A DNA stretch of 64,000 nucleotides from Actinomycetes bacterium. Lineage in GTDB: Bacteria > Actinomycetota > Thermoleophilia > RBG-16-64-13. This document shows positions 60,520 to 64,000 of the stretch, one piece after another. The translations under genes were made by a program, and so were the position numbers. The notes beneath the pieces were generated by a model that did no database searches, was not told the DNA's origin, and saw nothing but the letters and a program-made list of their open reading frames with translations. Where the stretch lies: positions 9,022 to 73,021 of the forward strand of contig JAJFUK010000110.1 in assembly GCA_021372435.1 (NCBI GenBank), given 5' to 3'. Every line of letters starts with the position of its first letter. The stretch's first letter is position 1.

Positions 60520-62661
60520 ATGAGCCGCGACGACGACAAGCTCATACGCCAGCTGTCCCTCATCTCGTTCCTCCTGAGCCGTCCGCGGCCGTTCACCGCG
60601 CGCGAGATCCAGGAGTCGGTGGAAGGCTATGCTGAGATGACCGACGAGACATTCACGCGCCGGTTCCACGCCGACCGCGCCGACCTGGCCAGGGTCGGCA
60701 TCCAAGTACGGGTGCTCAGTGGCTCGGAGGCGGCTTACTCCACCGAGGCCCAACTGTACCTGCTCAGCGAGGAGGACTTCCGTCTGCCCCTCGTGGACTT
60801 CACGCCGGCCGAGGTACAGGCCCTCTCCCTCGCGCTCGCGGCCCTGGACGGCCGCTTCGCGTACGCCCGCCCGCTGCGCATGGCGCTGACGGCCGTGTTG
60901 CACGGACGGCAAGACCCCATCCAGACTGAGCTTGAGCAGTTGCCCGTGGCTCTTGCCCCGGACGAGGACGCCCGCCGGGCCAGGCGCCAGCTCTCCCGCT
61001 TGGAGGAGGCGGTCACGAGAGGAAAGACGGTCTGCTTCTCCTACCCCGCGGGTGATGGCGGCCTGCGGGAACGCACGCTCGATCCCTACGGCCTCTACCT
61101 GATCCAAAGCCATTGGTACGTGGTCGGTCGCGACCATCTGCGCGACGGCATCCGGATGTTCCGCTTGGGCAGGATCCAAGGAGCCGTGCGCTTTCTTACC
61201 GACAAGGTCCGCGATTTCTCGATCCCCCCCGATTTCGACCCCGGCGAGTACGGCGCACGGCCGCCGTGGATGATCGGTCCTCTCCAGGGAACAGCCCTGG
61301 TCAAGGTCGGAGACGACCTCGCGTGGTGGGTCGAACGTCTGCGGCCCCATGTGACCCGCGCGGCCGATGAGCCGGAGGGGTGCGCGGTCTTCGCCATGCC
61401 GTACGCCGACGAATCGGTCTTCCTCTCGTGGGTAGTGGGCCTTGGCGGCTGTGGCGAGCTCTTGGAGCCCGATGGGCTGCGGGCCGGGTTGAGGGAGTCC
61501 CTCACCGCCATCTGCAGAGCGCACGAGGATGACGTTGAGAACGGCCACGGCGAAGTGACCGGGGCGGCCCATGAGGCAGCGGCCGGCGAGAGTCGCGGCG
61601 AGCAGGAGCCGGGCGGCCCTTCCGAAAAGCAGGAGCCCGAAGATCTGGAGGCCGCCATAGCTCCCGAGCACATAGCCCGCGCGATCACGCTCCTTTGTTA
61701 TCTGGTCGACGAACGACGGCCGCCTTTGATCACGTGGCAGACCCTGGAGAACGACCTAGGCCTCACCCGCGCCGAGGTCGAGCGCGACCTGTCCCTGATC
61801 AACCTCGTCAATTACGGCGGAGGGACGTTCGCCCTCATGGCTGAAGCCGGCCCCGAAGGGGTCAAGGTGGCGAGGGACATCATGGCCGACACGTTCGCCC
61901 ATCCTGCCCGGTTGTCACCGGGGATGGCCCGGGCGTTGCTTCTCGCCCTCGACCTCCTCGGCGACACCGTCGCGCTGGAGGGGCTCGAGTCGCTGTCGTC
62001 GGTCCGCGAGAAGGTCCACGCGCTCATCGGGGCCGAGAGCGCCGAGGGCGCCGTCATCGTCGACGAGGTCTTCCCGCCCGACCCAGGGATCGTGGAGGTC
62101 CTCAACCACGCCGTTCGCGACCGGTCGCTCGTCGCGCTCGATTACTACAGCGCCACCAGACAGGAGCTCTCCGAGCGGCGCGTGGAGCCGTATCTGCTCT
62201 TCCACTCGCCGGACGGCTGGTACTTAGAGGCCTACTGCCTCAAGGCGCAGGAGCAGCGTACGTTCAAGCTCGACCGCATCCGTTCCGCCCGCAGCACCGG
62301 GGAGACCTTCACGCCCCGCGCTGAGGTCGACCTCAGCCCACACAGGGCCGGCCGGGCCTTCCTCGAGCACGATGTGGCCACCTGGGCCACTGTGCGCTTC
62401 AGGCCTCGTTGGCGCACCTATCTTGAGGATTCGGGCCGGGAGTACACGCGCCGGACCGACGGCCACCTGGTCGTCAGGATGCCTTACGTGGACGAGCGCT
62501 GGATGGCGCACGAGGTCATCCGTTTTCTCGGGGACGCCGTGCTTGAAAGGCCGGCTTCGGCGCGGCGCAAGGTCGCCGAAGTCGCGCGCGCGCTGCTCAC
62601 CCGCTACCAGGAGGACCGCCCGGCCACCCGTCCGGCCGGCTCTCCTGGGGAGGTCCAGTGA
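60520..62661 (+). CDS. pafBC: Fused double HTH-WYL-WCX transcriptional regulator (PafBC-like)
   Basis: 713 aa with two successive modules. Each has an N-terminal winged HTH (LIRQLSLISFLLSRPRPFTAREI / ARAITLLCYLVDERRPPLITWQTL), a WYL domain (PYGLYLIQSHWYVVGRD / PYLLFHSPDGWYLEAYC) and a C-terminal extension. This matches naturally fused PafB-PafC proteins. Confidence 0.7.
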   Translation: MSRDDDKLIRQLSLISFLLSRPRPFTAREIQESVEGYAEMTDETFTRRFHADRADLARVGIQVRVLSGSEAAYSTEAQLYLLSEEDFRLPLVDFTPAEVQALSLALAALDGRFAYARPLRMALTAVLHGRQDPIQTELEQLPVALAPDEDARRARRQLSRLEEAVTRGKTVCFSYPAGDGGLRERTLDPYGLYLIQSHWYVVGRDHLRDGIRMFRLGRIQGAVRFLTDKVRDFSIPPDFDPGEYGARPPWMIGPLQGTALVKVGDDLAWWVERLRPHVTRAADEPEGCAVFAMPYADESVFLSWVVGLGGCGELLEPDGLRAGLRESLTAICRAHEDDVENGHGEVTGAAHEAAAGESRGEQEPGGPSEKQEPEDLEAAIAPEHIARAITLLCYLVDERRPPLITWQTLENDLGLTRAEVERDLSLINLVNYGGGTFALMAEAGPEGVKVARDIMADTFAHPARLSPGMARALLLALDLLGDTVALEGLESLSSVREKVHALIGAESAEGAVIVDEVFPPDPGIVEVLNHAVRDRSLVALDYYSATRQELSERRVEPYLLFHSPDGWYLEAYCLKAQEQRTFKLDRIRSARSTGETFTPRAEVDLSPHRAGRAFLEHDVATWATVRFRPRWRTYLEDSGREYTRRTDGHLVVRMPYVDERWMAHEVIRFLGDAVLERPASARRKVAEVARALLTRYQEDRPATRPAGSPGEVQ

Positions 62662-63104
62662 AAGGCCTGGCCCGCTGGGTGGCGGACTCCCTGGGCTTCT
62701 ATCTCGCCCTCTATCTCGTGGATTCGTTGATATCGCCGCGCTTCCATGTGGGCGCGGTGTGGATGGCGGTGGTACTTGCCGTCTTCCTCGGGCTGGTGAA
62801 CAGCCTGGTCCGCCCTCTCCATCGGGTGAAGAGCAAACCGGCCGTGGCCATCGGTAAGGCGGTGTCGACCGTCCTCTTCAACGCGCTCGTGCTCCAGATC
62901 GCGATCTGGGCAGGAGCACCCCTGGCGGCGACCGGCCCGGTCTGGGTCCTGGTCATGGCGACGTTCTTGACATTCCTCGGCGGCCTCATGAACTGGCTGA
63001 TCGGCTTCAAGAAGAAGGAGAAGCCGGGTGCGCCCGCGCGTGAACGCCGGGCCGCGCGCGCGTCGGCCCCCCGTGAGGTCGGGACGTCGCGGAAGCAGAC
63101 CTAG
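62658..63104 (+). CDS. Small polytopic membrane protein, holin-superfamily-IV-like (PF04020-type)
   Basis: GTG overlaps the pafBC-like stop (GTGA). 148 aa with 3-4 TM helices, an LVNSLVRPL motif like the 4-TM 'phage holin 4_2' family, and a basic C-terminal tail. Confidence 0.5.
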   Translation: MKGLARWVADSLGFYLALYLVDSLISPRFHVGAVWMAVVLAVFLGLVNSLVRPLHRVKSKPAVAIGKAVSTVLFNALVLQIAIWAGAPLAATGPVWVLVMATFLTFLGGLMNWLIGFKKKEKPGAPARERRAARASAPREVGTSRKQT

Positions 63105-63265
63105 AGGCTGCTGAAAAACGACGCTGCGTCGTCAGCGCGATGGCTGCGGGCGAGAGAAGAACGCAGGAAGCGCGAATAGCAGCGCTACTTGCGCGACCGA
63201 GGACGCTCTGTCGCGCCGGCCGGTGTGTCTTGGCGGCCGTGGCTTCGTTTTTCAGCAGCCTCTAG
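63101..63265. repeat. 165-bp element bounded by perfect 20-bp inverted repeats
   Basis: CTAGAGGCTGCTGAAAAACG at 63101..63120 and its exact reverse complement at 63246..63265, separated by 125 bp that contains smaller palindromes. Lower GC than its surroundings. Lies between the convergent holin-like and pilT genes. The left arm includes the holin-like gene's TAG stop. Confidence 0.5.
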
Positions 63266-63282
63266 CGAGACTCCCCGGCTTC

Positions 63283-64000
63283 CTAGTCGATGACCGCCAT
63301 CTCGTGGCCTCGGGCCTGGGCCATCAGCCGGAAATCATGGGGGTTGCTGGCCACCAGATAGGCGTCTGTAAGCGTGACCATTCCCCTCTCGAACAGATCG
63401 AGCAGGCTCTGATCGAACGTCTGCATGCCGTAGAAATCGCCCTCCTGCATGGCAGTGTGGATGTGGTGGGTCTGCTGAGGATCGAGGATCAGGTCGCGTA
63501 TGCGGCCCGTCACCACCATCACTTCCACCGCCGGCACCCGCCCCAGCCCGTCCGAGCGCGTCAGCAACCGCTGGGAGATGATGCCGCGCAGCGAGCCGGC
63601 CAGCATGATGCGCACCTGCTTTTGCTGATACAGCGGGAAGAAGTCGATGATGCGGTTGACGGTCTCGGTCGCGTCGATGGTGTGAAGCGTACTGAGGACG
63701 AAGTGCCCGGTCTGAGCGGCGCTCAGAGCCGTGCGCACCGTCTCTTGGTCCCGCATCTCGCCGATGAAGATGATGTCGGGATCTTGCCTGAGCACGTACT
63801 TGAGGGCCGAACCATAGTTCTCCGTGTCGAGCCCCACCTCGCGCTGGTTGATTATGCACATCTGGTCCCTGTGGAGGATCTCGATAGGATCCTCGACGGT
63901 GACGATATGCCGGCGGAGATGATGGTTGATGTGGTCGATCATCGCCGCCAGCGTGGTGGTCTTGCCTGAGCCGGTCGTCCCGGTGACGAGCACCATCCCT
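63283..64000 (-). CDS. pilT: Type IV pilus retraction ATPase PilT/PilU (C-terminal part; the N-terminus is beyond the window)
   Basis: LVTGTTGSGKTTTLAAMIDHIN Walker A, VEDPIE, GEMRD and TGHFVLSTLHT motifs of the PilT family. The ORF is open at the window edge. Confidence 0.85.
   Translation of the reverse strand, partial: GMVLVTGTTGSGKTTTLAAMIDHINHHLRRHIVTVEDPIEILHRDQMCIINQREVGLDTENYGSALKYVLRQDPDIIFIGEMRDQETVRTALSAAQTGHFVLSTLHTIDATETVNRIIDFFPLYQQKQVRIMLAGSLRGIISQRLLTRSDGLGRVPAVEVMVVTGRIRDLILDPQQTHHIHTAMQEGDFYGMQTFDQSLLDLFERGMVTLTDAYLVASNPHDFRLMAQARGHEMAVID

Noticed and set aside
60448-61671. 408-codon N-terminal extension of the addB ORF (the track ORF is 1431 aa)
   Set aside because: The extension overlaps the whole 5' half of the pafBC-like gene on the opposite strand and has no helicase/nuclease motifs. 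The AddB-type N-terminus (MSGSSPKRLTLVVGPANSGK) begins at the internal ATG at 60447.

Overview
This is a high-GC (about 70%) chromosomal core region that looks actinobacterial, and almost every gene is on the minus strand. Transcribed from high to low coordinate it holds a partial pilT, a 165-bp inverted-repeat element, a divergent pair made of a fused double-WYL PafBC-like regulator with a small membrane protein and an AddB/AddA-type helicase-nuclease, tRNA-Pro(CGG), an ECF sigma factor with a zinc-finger anti-sigma factor, a methylthioadenosine phosphorylase / PfkB-kinase pair, an epimerase, and a five-tRNA array. After that comes a long run of conserved housekeeping genes: tig-clpP-clpX-lon-valS-folC-ndk-maf-mreBCD-mrdA-rodA, a radical SAM (TIGR03960)/DUF2344 fusion, RNase G, rplU, rpmA, obg, proB, proA and nadD. 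These are followed by a LytR_C-domain membrane protein, a ThiF/MoeB-like E1 enzyme, a LarE-family PP-loop ATPase and pcrA, and finally the complete dcw cell-wall/division cluster from mraZ to murC plus the start of murB. I found no CRISPR array, integrase, transposase or obvious defence island. Long antisense ORFs in the track are artefacts of the GC content. The most unusual items are the ThiF-like plus three-Cys LarE-like pair next to nadD, the PafBC-like/AddAB neighbourhood, the inverted-repeat element, a candidate unannotated small membrane ORF, and insertions in Lon and MurD. Coordinates read off the sequence (tRNAs, repeats, the small ORF) may be off by 1-2 nt. Several ORF starts have been moved to internal start codons, with the reason given in each entry.
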